The position numbers and the translations under genes were made by a program. The notes under the pieces were generated by a model that had not been told where the DNA came from, made no database searches, and saw only the letters and a list, made by a program, of their open reading frames with translations. This document shows, one piece after another, positions 19,449 to 28,338 of a stretch of DNA of 64,000 nt (position 1 is the stretch's first letter; each line of letters opens with the position of its first letter). Source of the DNA: Bryobacterales bacterium (GTDB lineage: Bacteria; Acidobacteriota; Terriglobia; Bryobacterales; UBA6623); NCBI GenBank assembly GCA_965200705.1, contig OZ241376.1, positions 589,722-653,721 on the forward strand, in the 5' to 3' direction.

Positions 19449-19646
19449 ATGTTCGGCTCCTCCACAACGGTAAAGCTCGACAAGGCGCTCTTCGAGAGGG
19501 TCAAGCGGTACGCCGACGCCGGCGGCTACTCCTCGACGCAGGAGTTCGTTGAGCACGTGCTCGAGAAGGAGCTTGCCCAGATCGAAGACGGCGCCTCGGA
19601 CGAGGAGATCGCGAAGCGCCTCCAAGGCCTCGGCTACATCGAGTGA
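19449..19646 (+). CDS. Small ribbon-helix-helix (CopG/Arc-like) protein
   Basis: 65-aa ORF with GGAGGG 6 nt upstream of the ATG. TTVKLDKALFERVKRYADAGGYSSTQEFVEHVLEKEL fits the RHH beta-strand plus two-helix pattern. Acidic tail ending in GLGYIE. Confidence 0.6.
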   Translation: MFGSSTTVKLDKALFERVKRYADAGGYSSTQEFVEHVLEKELAQIEDGASDEEIAKRLQGLGYIE

Positions 19647-19659
19647 GCGGAGCCGTCAC

Positions 19660-20475
19660 TTGCCGGTAGACGGCTTCAACTTCGTTCTCCGCACGGGCGT
19701 CGCCGGCTATGCCAGCCTCTTTGGCGGTCTCCACCCGATGGTCGGACTGACCCTGGTGTCAGCGATATGCGGCATCGGGATGCTCTGGGTCGTCGGCAAA
19801 ACCTCGAACCAGACCGCGATCACGACGGCCAAGAAGCGCATGCAGGCATACCTGCTCGAGATGCGCCTCTACCGCGACGAGCCTAGCGTGGTGCTGCGCG
19901 CCCAGGGTCGTCTACTTCTGCACAACGGCCGCTATGTCGGTCACATGCTGAGACCGGCGCTGTTCCTCGGGCTACCGATGATCGTCCTCTACGCCCACCT
20001 CGACGCCGTGTACGGACAGAGGCCGATGCGCGTGGGCGAGGTAGCGCTGCTCACCGTCGAGACGGCGCTTCCAGCCGAACGCCTCAACGTGCGGGACACC
20101 GCCACAGTCGCCTTGGACAGCGTGTCGGTGGAGCAGGCCGAAGAGTCCGTCGCCGTCTGGCGCCTGCGCGCCGTCAGGGACGGCACCGACGCGCTGGTCC
20201 TGGAGACGCCGGGTGGCGAGATCGAGAAGGCTGCCGCGGTCGGTTCGTCCGGATCCTATCTCTCAGCGGTCCGCGCCGCAGCGTGGTGGCAGAGGTTCCT
20301 CTTCGCGCCCGGCGAGAACCGTTTCTCGGTGGAGGGAGTCTCGAGCGTGACGATCGAGTACTCCTCACGTCAGATCGGACTAGGTGCGTGGAAGACCCAT
20401 TGGGCGGTCTGGTTCTTCGGCATATCGATAGTGACCGCGTTCCTGTTGCGCAACCGCTTCGGCGTGGCTCTCTGA
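19660..20475 (+). CDS. Hypothetical membrane protein (start uncertain)
   Basis: Track ORF 19549..20475 overlaps the RHH gene. The first in-frame start after the RHH stop is TTG 19660; ATG near 19738 is an alternative. Hydrophobic segments occur at both ends (GLTLVSAICGIGMLWVV; HWAVWFFGISIVTAFLL). I recognise no family. Confidence 0.5.
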   Translation: MPVDGFNFVLRTGVAGYASLFGGLHPMVGLTLVSAICGIGMLWVVGKTSNQTAITTAKKRMQAYLLEMRLYRDEPSVVLRAQGRLLLHNGRYVGHMLRPALFLGLPMIVLYAHLDAVYGQRPMRVGEVALLTVETALPAERLNVRDTATVALDSVSVEQAEESVAVWRLRAVRDGTDALVLETPGGEIEKAAAVGSSGSYLSAVRAAAWWQRFLFAPGENRFSVEGVSSVTIEYSSRQIGLGAWKTHWAVWFFGISIVTAFLLRNRFGVAL

Positions 20476-20532
20476 CACGGTTTCGAGCAATCCGATAAAC
20501 TGCGGCATTCCGCGACTTAGCGGCTCGCCAGC

Positions 20533-21399
20533 ATGCCCGGATCGACGCCCCACGTTCTGTGCGTCGGCATGGGATTCCTCGACACTCGGCTATGCGTGGA
20601 GCGCTTTCCTCCGCTCCAACGCCGCGAGATCGCGAGCAAGAGATGGGACGCCCTCGGTGGCCCTGCCACGGTTGGGGCGGTGGCCGTCGTGCGACTTGGT
20701 GGAACGGCATCGTTCTGGGGCCGGCGGGGCGACGATCCCGCCGGAGATCGCATGGCTTCGCTGCTCCAGGGACACGGCGTTGATATCGCAGGATTCCGAT
20801 CGTTTCCCGGTACCAGCCCAACCTGCGAGGTCTTTATCTGCCCAGACGGCGAGCGGTTCCTGTTTCCCTGTCTGGGAGAGGGTCTGCCTGCAGATCCGTC
20901 CTGGATACCGGACGAGGCGATCGACCGCGCCGATGCAGTGCTCATCGACGGGAGATGGACGGAAGGCGGCATGCGTGCAGCCAAGCGCGCCGCCAAGCGG
21001 GGTGTGCCGGTCGTGCACGATCTGGACCAAGACCTGCCCGAGATCTGGGAGCTCGCGGGTTGCGTGACGCACGCCATCGCCGACGAGGATCTTGCCCTCC
21101 AAAAAGGCGGTGTCGACGCCCTGCTCAACAAGATCGAATCGCTGGGCGCATGGGCAGCGGTAACGTTGGGCGAGCGTGGCGTCGCTTTCCGCGGTGGTCG
21201 GATTCCGTCGTTCCCGGTCAGCGTCGTTGACAGCACGGGCGCGGGCGACGTGTTTCACGGAGCCTTTGCCCTGGCGATGGCGCAGGGACATGACGAGACC
21301 GCCGCGATGCACTTCGGCTGCGCGGCGGGAGCGCTGCACTGTCAGTTCGGACAGGTGCCGACGCTCAAGGACGTCGAACGGCTTCTTGCCGAACGCTAG
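20533..21399 (+). CDS. PfkB-family carbohydrate kinase
   Basis: 288-aa ORF with GGPATVGAVAVVRLGG near the N-terminus and the ATP-binding signature DSTGAGDVFHGAFALAMAQG. Confidence 0.85.
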   Translation: MPGSTPHVLCVGMGFLDTRLCVERFPPLQRREIASKRWDALGGPATVGAVAVVRLGGTASFWGRRGDDPAGDRMASLLQGHGVDIAGFRSFPGTSPTCEVFICPDGERFLFPCLGEGLPADPSWIPDEAIDRADAVLIDGRWTEGGMRAAKRAAKRGVPVVHDLDQDLPEIWELAGCVTHAIADEDLALQKGGVDALLNKIESLGAWAAVTLGERGVAFRGGRIPSFPVSVVDSTGAGDVFHGAFALAMAQGHDETAAMHFGCAAGALHCQFGQVPTLKDVERLLAER

Positions 21400-24300
21400 C
21401 GGTTCGGAGAGAGAAGTCCCGACACTGTCGGTCCTGCACTCGGTGTGACTGGCCACTCAACGGGCAGGAGCACGGCGTTGCTGCGCCTGGCTCCAATCTT
21501 CACCACCACAGGCTGAAGACCAGGCCGCGCATTGAGGGGGACCGTCAGGGTCACCGCATACACGCCTGCAAGATCAGGCGCGAGCACCGACTTTGACACA
21601 GGAGCCGCAGCACCGCCGATCTCGGCAGTCGGCTTTATCGAGGTGGCGACCATGGCGGAGCTGGCGAACCCGCTGCGGGGGAGCGCAAGCACCGGCCCGT
21701 TGCCTGTCATCGAGAGCGTGACGCTTGCTCCAGGATGCGTGGGCGAGCCAACCGTCACAGGAGAACCGTCTGGATGCGTCGCGGACGCCAATTCGACTCC
21801 ATCCAACTCGTACTCGAAGATACCCGGATCCACGGTTGCCACATTGAAGCGATACGGACGACTGTGAGGGCCAGACCGGACCTTTACGTAAGCTTGTCCA
21901 GATCCCCGAAGCTCCCACGGCACCTGCACCGTGACCCAGTCCGCTCCAACTGCGAATATCCGGCCCGGCTCGCTAACTCCGTTGGATCCGTCAAACGCGA
22001 CGGAGACGCCCTTCCGAGTCATAGAGAGCTGGGAGGCCTGACGCTCCGATGCCTCGCCCGATGGTGCCTGCGAGATACCGACTCCACTGATCGTTACGAG
22101 CGAACCCGGTGCAACACCGTCCGGCGATTCGCCTTTCGCTGCGTTCGCGATGCTGAGGATCTCCGGCCTGATCTGGTTCGCCTCATAGGCGAACACGACG
22201 TTGAGGCCGTCCATCGTGGCCGACACTCTCTCTACCGAGGGCTGTCCTGTAAAGGTCACCGACGCGAAGATCAGACCGGTTCTCCCGGAGGCTCCATTGC
22301 CTGAACCGATCGTGGCAGCGCCCTGGGTCACCTGAAACGTGACCGCACGGTTCACCACGGGCAGACCTGCCTGATCGATCACCCTAGCGATGACGTTCTT
22401 GGTGTTGCTCTCCCCTGCCGGACCCCGCTCCGTCCCGCCGGCGAATCGAAGGGCATCGTGAGCCACGTTGCTCGGGACGGCGAACATGTAGGGAATCCGG
22501 TTCTCCTGGCCCGAACTGAGGCTGGTGACACGGATGTAGCCCTCGTAGCTTCCCGCTGGCGGCGCCCTTCCCTGTAACGTCACCTGCGTCGAGCCACCGC
22601 GTCCTGGGCGCACCTGGACCTGCGTCGACTGGGAGTTGCCCACCAAGACCCTGACACCAGCAGCTGAGTCTGTTGCCTCGACTGTCAACCGGTATGACTG
22701 CGTAATCGTGGACGTGCTGGTCAGCGTCACGGTCCTTCGAACGGGAAATCGGGATCTTGCTACATCGCCGAAGGCCACAATCGGAGGCTCCGCCACGACG
22801 GTGGACCTGAGTGCAGACTCGATGTCGAGCACTCCTGCGCCAACGGCACTGAGCCGCGCCGGCTCGTCTTCCAGGTCGAGCGTGCCCAGCGTTGCGGTGT
22901 TGATCAGTGCCGACCGGACCCCGTTCGCCGTCAGTCCCGGGTTGGCTTGCCAGACCAGAGCGGCCGCGCCAGCGACGATAGGCGCCGCGAAGCTAGTGCC
23001 GCTCTGCTGTCGGTAACCACTTGGCGCAAAGAGCACACCCTCTGCGCTGTAGCGAGGCGACGCAGCGTAGACGAGGTCGGCCGGAGCGACCAAGTCGGGC
23101 TTGGGCGCGGCGGACAACGTCGGGCCGCGACCACCCTCCGGGAACACGCGGTTCCACTCCCTGTCTTCAACCATCGGTGTCGGATCGATCGTCACGGGAG
23201 CGCTAGTGCTCTCTATCTCTGCAAGGAGGGCGATGCCGTCGCTGTTGCCTATAAAGACCGCGGGTATGTCGGTGTCGGAGATGGCCGCCATGTGGACTAG
23301 GTCATCACCCGTGTTGTTGACCACCACGATTCCCGCAGCGCCCGAAGCGTCGGCATGCTCGATCTTGTTCCAGAAGAAGCAGTCGCCACGCTCGACGATC
23401 ACAATCCGTTCACGGAACGCTCCCCTTGGGAACGGATCGCACGCCTTCGCGTTTCCGTACTGCCAGGCGAGCGCGGGCGGAAGCGTCAACGGGCCCTCGG
23501 CGATTGGACCTGTGCCGGCGGAGGCCTCGTAGGACCTGTCGCCGATTCGCACGGCACGGCGAAACCGCTCATGTGAGCTGAGTGTGCCTCCGACCGCGAC
23601 CACGGCCGGGGCAATGCCGGGCGTGTAAATGGTGCTGAGTGCAGGCTCTTCGTGGGTCCCGATGAGCGAGTTGTTGCCGGCGGCGGCCACCACGACCCGA
23701 CCGAAGTCGACCACCGCGCTCTGCGCCGCTTGCGCCACCGGATCACAGAAGCCCGACCGCTGGGAGCATGCCCGGCCTGCGTCGTCCCACTTCCAGAAGG
23801 CGGCGTGTCCGAGGCTGAGGTTCAGAATGTCCATCCCGTCAGCCACGGCATCGTCAATGGCGGCCACAATGGCGTGATCGGCCGAGCTGAAATTGATGCC
23901 CCGTGTCCCAAACACCTTGTAGACGCCGATGCGCGCCTTCGGGGCGACTCCACTGTGCAGCCCCAACGGAGTCTCGACAACGTTGCCGGCCGCTAGCATG
24001 GCGACCGCCGTGCCGTGCGAACTGCCATCGGCCGGCGAATCGTCGTCGGGCGAGGAGTTTGCTGGAGTGCCCGAGTTCAGCATCTCGACATATGAACGTA
24101 CGGCGATGATCTTGTTCGACGCCAGATCGAGGTATTCGAGGTCTCCCTTCGGGTATCCAGCCAAGGGCGCAAGGGTGTCGTCCTGGAGCGCAGGGTGCGT
24201 GAAGTCAGCGCCGGTGTCGATCACGGCGATCTTGACACCCTCACCCTGCAGCGGAGTACCGCTTGGCCGCATGCGCGCTGCGTCCACCTTGATGATCTCG

Positions 24301-24746
24301 CCGAATCCCCCTACAGCGGTCTCATGCCGCCGGCTCGGAACTACGTCGCCTACGCCCGGGAGGCGGCGCAAGGCCTCAACCTCCGCGAGGGTAGCCCGCA
24401 CGAAGAGCGCGTTGAGCACGTGGCTCGTGGAGCCGATCACATCGACGTCGAGCCGCTCTATGGCCTCGACGACAGGATTTTGGCCTCGCACGACGGCCCG
24501 TCGCAGCAAGCCGATCGAAGCCGCGCTTCGGCGAACAGGGCCTGTGCTGCCCTCGATGACCGCGTCCACTCGTAGACGCTCACCAACCGAGGGCGACTCC
24601 AACAGAACGGTGTAGACCGCCTCGGGCTCGATTTCGACAGGGGCCTGTGCAGTCGCCTGGACGGCGCCCGCAGCTACGAACGCTGCAACCGCGGCGAAGC
24701 GTCGCAGACCTATGGCCTCACGCTTCCGCCGGATGCTGCACCAAAT
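21396..24746 (-). CDS. S8 (subtilisin-family) serine peptidase with PA-like insert and C-terminal Ig-like repeats; start uncertain
   Basis: Track ORF 21396..25094. The catalytic triad contexts are VIDTGADFTHPAL (Asp), HGTAVAMLAAG (His) and GTSFAAPIVAGAAALV (Ser). The signal-like RRFAAVAAFVAAGAVQATAQA begins near 24700, and the upstream extension overlaps the MFS gene. The end coordinate 24746 corresponds to an ATT codon (see findings). Confidence 0.8.
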   Translation of the reverse strand: MWCSIRRKREAIGLRRFAAVAAFVAAGAVQATAQAPVEIEPEAVYTVLLESPSVGERLRVDAVIEGSTGPVRRSAASIGLLRRAVVRGQNPVVEAIERLDVDVIGSTSHVLNALFVRATLAEVEALRRLPGVGDVVPSRRHETAVGGFGEIIKVDAARMRPSGTPLQGEGVKIAVIDTGADFTHPALQDDTLAPLAGYPKGDLEYLDLASNKIIAVRSYVEMLNSGTPANSSPDDDSPADGSSHGTAVAMLAAGNVVETPLGLHSGVAPKARIGVYKVFGTRGINFSSADHAIVAAIDDAVADGMDILNLSLGHAAFWKWDDAGRACSQRSGFCDPVAQAAQSAVVDFGRVVVAAAGNNSLIGTHEEPALSTIYTPGIAPAVVAVGGTLSSHERFRRAVRIGDRSYEASAGTGPIAEGPLTLPPALAWQYGNAKACDPFPRGAFRERIVIVERGDCFFWNKIEHADASGAAGIVVVNNTGDDLVHMAAISDTDIPAVFIGNSDGIALLAEIESTSAPVTIDPTPMVEDREWNRVFPEGGRGPTLSAAPKPDLVAPADLVYAASPRYSAEGVLFAPSGYRQQSGTSFAAPIVAGAAALVWQANPGLTANGVRSALINTATLGTLDLEDEPARLSAVGAGVLDIESALRSTVVAEPPIVAFGDVARSRFPVRRTVTLTSTSTITQSYRLTVEATDSAAGVRVLVGNSQSTQVQVRPGRGGSTQVTLQGRAPPAGSYEGYIRVTSLSSGQENRIPYMFAVPSNVAHDALRFAGGTERGPAGESNTKNVIARVIDQAGLPVVNRAVTFQVTQGAATIGSGNGASGRTGLIFASVTFTGQPSVERVSATMDGLNVVFAYEANQIRPEILSIANAAKGESPDGVAPGSLVTISGVGISQAPSGEASERQASQLSMTRKGVSVAFDGSNGVSEPGRIFAVGADWVTVQVPWELRGSGQAYVKVRSGPHSRPYRFNVATVDPGIFEYELDGVELASATHPDGSPVTVGSPTHPGASVTLSMTGNGPVLALPRSGFASSAMVATSIKPTAEIGGAAAPVSKSVLAPDLAGVYAVTLTVPLNARPGLQPVVVKIGARRSNAVLLPVEWPVTPSAGPTVSGLLSPNR

Positions 24747-24893
24747 GCGAGCGGTCCAGAGCCCCTCAGGGTCGGTCCGACGAGAGCGAAGGCCTGCACC
24801 TGCGAGCTCGTTCGCGGGTGCCGGGGGCTGTGCGATGCTATACGCTCGCTGGCCAGGGCCGATCACGTCCGGTCCCCGAGGTGCAGCCCTGCC

Positions 24894-26240
24894 ATGAAGG
24901 ATACGAACGCCGCGCTGCTGCGCTGCTCCATTATCGCCGCCCTCGGCGGATTGCTCTTCGGCTTTGACACAGCCGTGATCTCGGGCACGACCGACCACCT
25001 GCGTGAAGTGTTCGACCTGCAGGGCTTCGGACTCGGGTTCACCGTGGCCAGTGCCCTCATTGGCACGATCCTCGGCGCCGCGTTCGCCGGCCATCCCGCG
25101 GACCGCCTCGGACGGCGCAGCACCTTGGCCCTCATCGCGCTGCTGTACCTCGTGTCCGCAGTCGGCAGCGGCCTAGCGTGGGACTGGTACTCCCTGCTGG
25201 CGTTTCGCTGGCTAGGGGGCCTAGGGGTCGGCGCATCCTCCGTGGTGGCACCGATGTACATCGCGGAGATCTCCCCTGCTTCAGTCCGGGGGAGGCTCGT
25301 TGCCATCACTCAATTCAACATCGTCCTTGGCATCCTGCTGGCCTACCTGTCGAACTACGGCGTGGCGGCGCTGGACATGGGGATCGTCGAGTGGCGCGTG
25401 ATGTTCGGCATCGAGGCCGCACCCGCGGCCGCCTTCCTGGCGCTCATCTTCCTGACGCCGCGCAGTCCGCGGTGGCTGGTCGCGCAGGGTCGAAGCGAGG
25501 AGGCCGCCGATGTGCTGGCGCTGGTCGGATCGGCGGACGTCGCCGGGGAGTTGAAGGCGATCAAGGAGTCACTCCGCGAGACCGCAGGCCGCGTCAAGGA
25601 GCCGCTGTTCCAGAAGCGCTACAGCAAGCCAGTGTCCCTAGCCATCGCGATTGCGACATTCAACCAGCTGTCGGGCATCAATGCACTCATGTACTACGCC
25701 CCGCACATCTTCCGGATGGCGGGGGCCGGCACCGACTCCTCACTTGGGCAGGCGGTCGTCGTGGGGTGCACGAACCTCGTGTTCACCATGGCGGCGCTGG
25801 TGGTGATCGACCGGTTCGGCCGCCGCAAGCTCATGGTGGCCGGTTCCATCGGCTACATCACGAGCCTCGCCGCCACGGCGATCGCGTTCTACATGTTCGG
25901 CACAGCCTTCACGCCGCTGGGAAGTGCGGTGGTGCTGGCGAGCCTGATGGTCTTCATCGCCTCGCACGCATTCGGACAGGGCGCCGTGATCTGGGTCTAT
26001 CTGAGCGAAATCTTCCCCAACCGCGTGCGCGCTCAAGGACAAGCCCTAGGTAGCTTCACCCACTGGCTCTTCGCCGCCGCGATTTCTTGGACGTTCCCGA
26101 TGATCGCCGAAGTGTCCGGCGGTCACGCTTTCGCGTTCTACTCCAGCATGATGGTGCTGCAGCTGATTTGGGTGCTGAAGATCATGCCCGAGACCAAGGG
26201 CGTACCGCTCGAGGAAATGGAACGGCGTCTCGGCACCTAA
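24894..26240 (+). CDS. MFS sugar porter family transporter
   Basis: 448-aa ORF with sugar-porter signatures (GGLLFGFDTAVISG, PADRLGRRSTL, PRSPRWLV, PETKGVPLEEME) and about 12 hydrophobic segments. Confidence 0.9.
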   Translation: MKDTNAALLRCSIIAALGGLLFGFDTAVISGTTDHLREVFDLQGFGLGFTVASALIGTILGAAFAGHPADRLGRRSTLALIALLYLVSAVGSGLAWDWYSLLAFRWLGGLGVGASSVVAPMYIAEISPASVRGRLVAITQFNIVLGILLAYLSNYGVAALDMGIVEWRVMFGIEAAPAAAFLALIFLTPRSPRWLVAQGRSEEAADVLALVGSADVAGELKAIKESLRETAGRVKEPLFQKRYSKPVSLAIAIATFNQLSGINALMYYAPHIFRMAGAGTDSSLGQAVVVGCTNLVFTMAALVVIDRFGRRKLMVAGSIGYITSLAATAIAFYMFGTAFTPLGSAVVLASLMVFIASHAFGQGAVIWVYLSEIFPNRVRAQGQALGSFTHWLFAAAISWTFPMIAEVSGGHAFAFYSSMMVLQLIWVLKIMPETKGVPLEEMERRLGT

Positions 26241-26389
26241 ACGCCGTCCTTGCTAGCAGCCTTTCGGACTTGTTGCCCCGAGAACGGCCTGCGCGGCTGC
26301 CAATCGCGCGAGTACGCACGGTTTGTGGCATGGCCGGGAACTCCGGGAGTGTCCGGAAGCGGACCTGCAACGGGATTGAGAGGCCCGCA

Positions 26390-27020
26390 TGACGCGCTGC
26401 CCATTTTCGATGGTTTGCCTCCCTCTCTGCATTCGCCTGGGCCTCTAAGCGCTTCCGCGCCGTCTGCAGGAGCTTCCGCCCTGCGATCTCCCGGGGCAGC
26501 TTGGGCGCGTCCACTTCTCCCTTGTGATCCGCCGGCTGCAGCAAGCCATCGTTTTCCATCTGCGGCTGCCCCTGGCTCGGTGGTACGTAACCGGCCGATG
26601 TCTGCTCGCCGATGCCTTCACCTTCTGCCCTCAACGCGGACCGCCCCGGGCGCAGCAGCCACGTCTTCTTCGCCAGCAGCACCTGCAGGAATCACTCGGA
26701 CACCGCGTTGAAACTCTCCCGACGGCACTTCGCGATCGTGTCGTGATCGGGCTGCTGGTTCGCCGCCGCGAAGCGCGCTCCCCAATGCGTGCGGGTGGCT
26801 CGTTCGATGCGACGCGACAAGAACATGCCGTTCGCGTAGCGGTGGATCTGCAGGGCCAGCCACCAAGGTCCTCCCTTCGGACTTGACGTTGGAGACAGGA
26901 CGTCAGTTGAGCAATGCGAACCGCAGCTCCCTTCGCCCCATCCGGGCCTTCTCCGACAGTTCCACCGACTCGCTCCAAGCAGAGGACGGGCCTCGCGAAG
27001 GAGCAAGACGCTCAGCACGC
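26390..27020 (-). pseudogene. IS5/IS1182-like transposase, N-terminal fragment with an in-frame stop and no DDE region recognised
   Basis: Minus-strand ORFs 26692..27018 and 26182..26682 read WWLALQIHRYANGMFLSRRIERATRTHWGARFAAANQQPDHDTIAKCRRESFNAVSE, then a stop, then FLQVLLAKKTWLLRPGRSAL...KLPREIAGRKLLQTARKRLEAQANAE. This matches the conserved N-terminal transposase domain of that family. I could not recognise a DDE catalytic part downstream. Confidence 0.6.
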
Positions 27021-27165
27021 GACTCCCTACAGCGTCACAAGACGAACACTGGGATTATTTGCAATAAATCTTGTATGAATCTTCATATGCATCATAGTAA
27101 ATAATTTATTATCGGTAACTTACAGAATAGTCAACACTGAGATTTTTGCAGGAATTTCTGTTGCG

Positions 27166-28257
27166 ATGATGCTTGTGACGCAAGCTGTGCAGTACAGGAT
27201 GCCAGAGCGCTGGACCCAATACGACGTTGAAGCCATCGTCTTGCCGCTGCTGAACGCTAAGGCATCCATCTTGGCCCTTCGCCAGATTCCCTTCCAGCGG
27301 TGGTGGGTTAGGGAGCTGCAGGAGATCGAACTCAAGTTGGAGGTCGCCGGCACCTCAAAGATAGAGGGCGCCGAGTTTGTTGGCGCCGAGCTGGACAACG
27401 CAGTACGTGCCGCCGCACCCGACGAACTGACAACCTGATCGCAGAAGCAAGCGAACGCCGCCCAGCGAATCTACCGCTGGATAAGCCGAATTCCCGACAA
27501 CCGCCCAATCACGTTGGACATCATCAAGGACATCCACCGTCTCATCGTGACCGGCTGCGACGACGACCATTACGAACTAGGTGAGCCTAGGGGCTGGGGC
27601 CAGAACGTGACCTTTGGCACACCCCGGCAAAGAGGTGTCCCTGGCGGGGAGCAGTGCATAGCCGCTCTGTCCAGTAACGACCCGAGCACTTGAAGCATTG
27701 CTCATGCAAAGGGCGAGACTGAAGGATGTTCTCTTCATCCCAATGTCCAATTGCTACCACGACAACAAGGACCGCTATCTAGAGACACTTGCTCTCGTAC
27801 GACAGCGTAATCACGACTTGACTTCGTCCTGCAGGAAGTGCGCGAACAAACCGATCGGGTTGCCAGCACACTTGGACGAACGGTGCGGAAGGAGCTGTTC
27901 GTCAAATTGGAGAGCACTCGCAAGCGCGTGATCGTCCAACGCCAGCTAACGCTGCTCAATTACTTGCTGGACCAAGATGGCGACGTAGAGTGGTCTGAAT
28001 TCCGAACCACCATGCATGTCCATTTCAAGAAGCTCAAGCAACCGTTCTGGGCGATGGCCCGCGACATAGGCAGGCTGGTAGAACCTGAAGCCATATCTAT
28101 CCTTGGAAACGATCCGAGCAAGGACGATCGGTGGCCAACCGTCTTCATCAGAGTGAATCTCGACTGGCCCAGCATGCTGACTGAGACTGACTTTTTCGAA
28201 CGCCTCAAGAAACTTCCTCGGTCCAAGACCTACGGATTCCTCGCACCCAGCCAGTAA
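27166..28257 (+). pseudogene. Fic/DOC-family gene remnant (nonsense codon, internal deletion, frameshift)
   Basis: ORF 27166..27438 has the Fic N-terminal domain pattern (..EVAGTSKIEGAEF..) and ends at an in-frame TGA (27436-27438). The same frame continues with ITLDIIKDIHRLIVTG. I could not find an HPFxxGNGR core motif in any frame. The C-terminal part sits in two further ORFs (27698.., 27838..28257). The region is visibly lower in GC and follows an AT-rich stretch at 27040-27165. Confidence 0.6.
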
Positions 28258-28338
28258 GTGCTCCATCCACCGTCTGGCATTCGGCCGGAGCGTCAGTTCT
28301 ACCGCTGCCTCTTTCCCGTGCCTGTGTCCGACAGGCTA

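Noticed and set aside
20590-21456. 288-aa minus-strand ORF of exactly the same length as the plus-strand PfkB kinase ORF (plus a 239-aa ORF at 20517..21236)
   Set aside because: The plus-strand product has both PfkB signatures (GGPATVGA.., DSTGAGDVFHG). The antisense products have none. The equal length is a coincidence of stop-poor GC-rich sequence.
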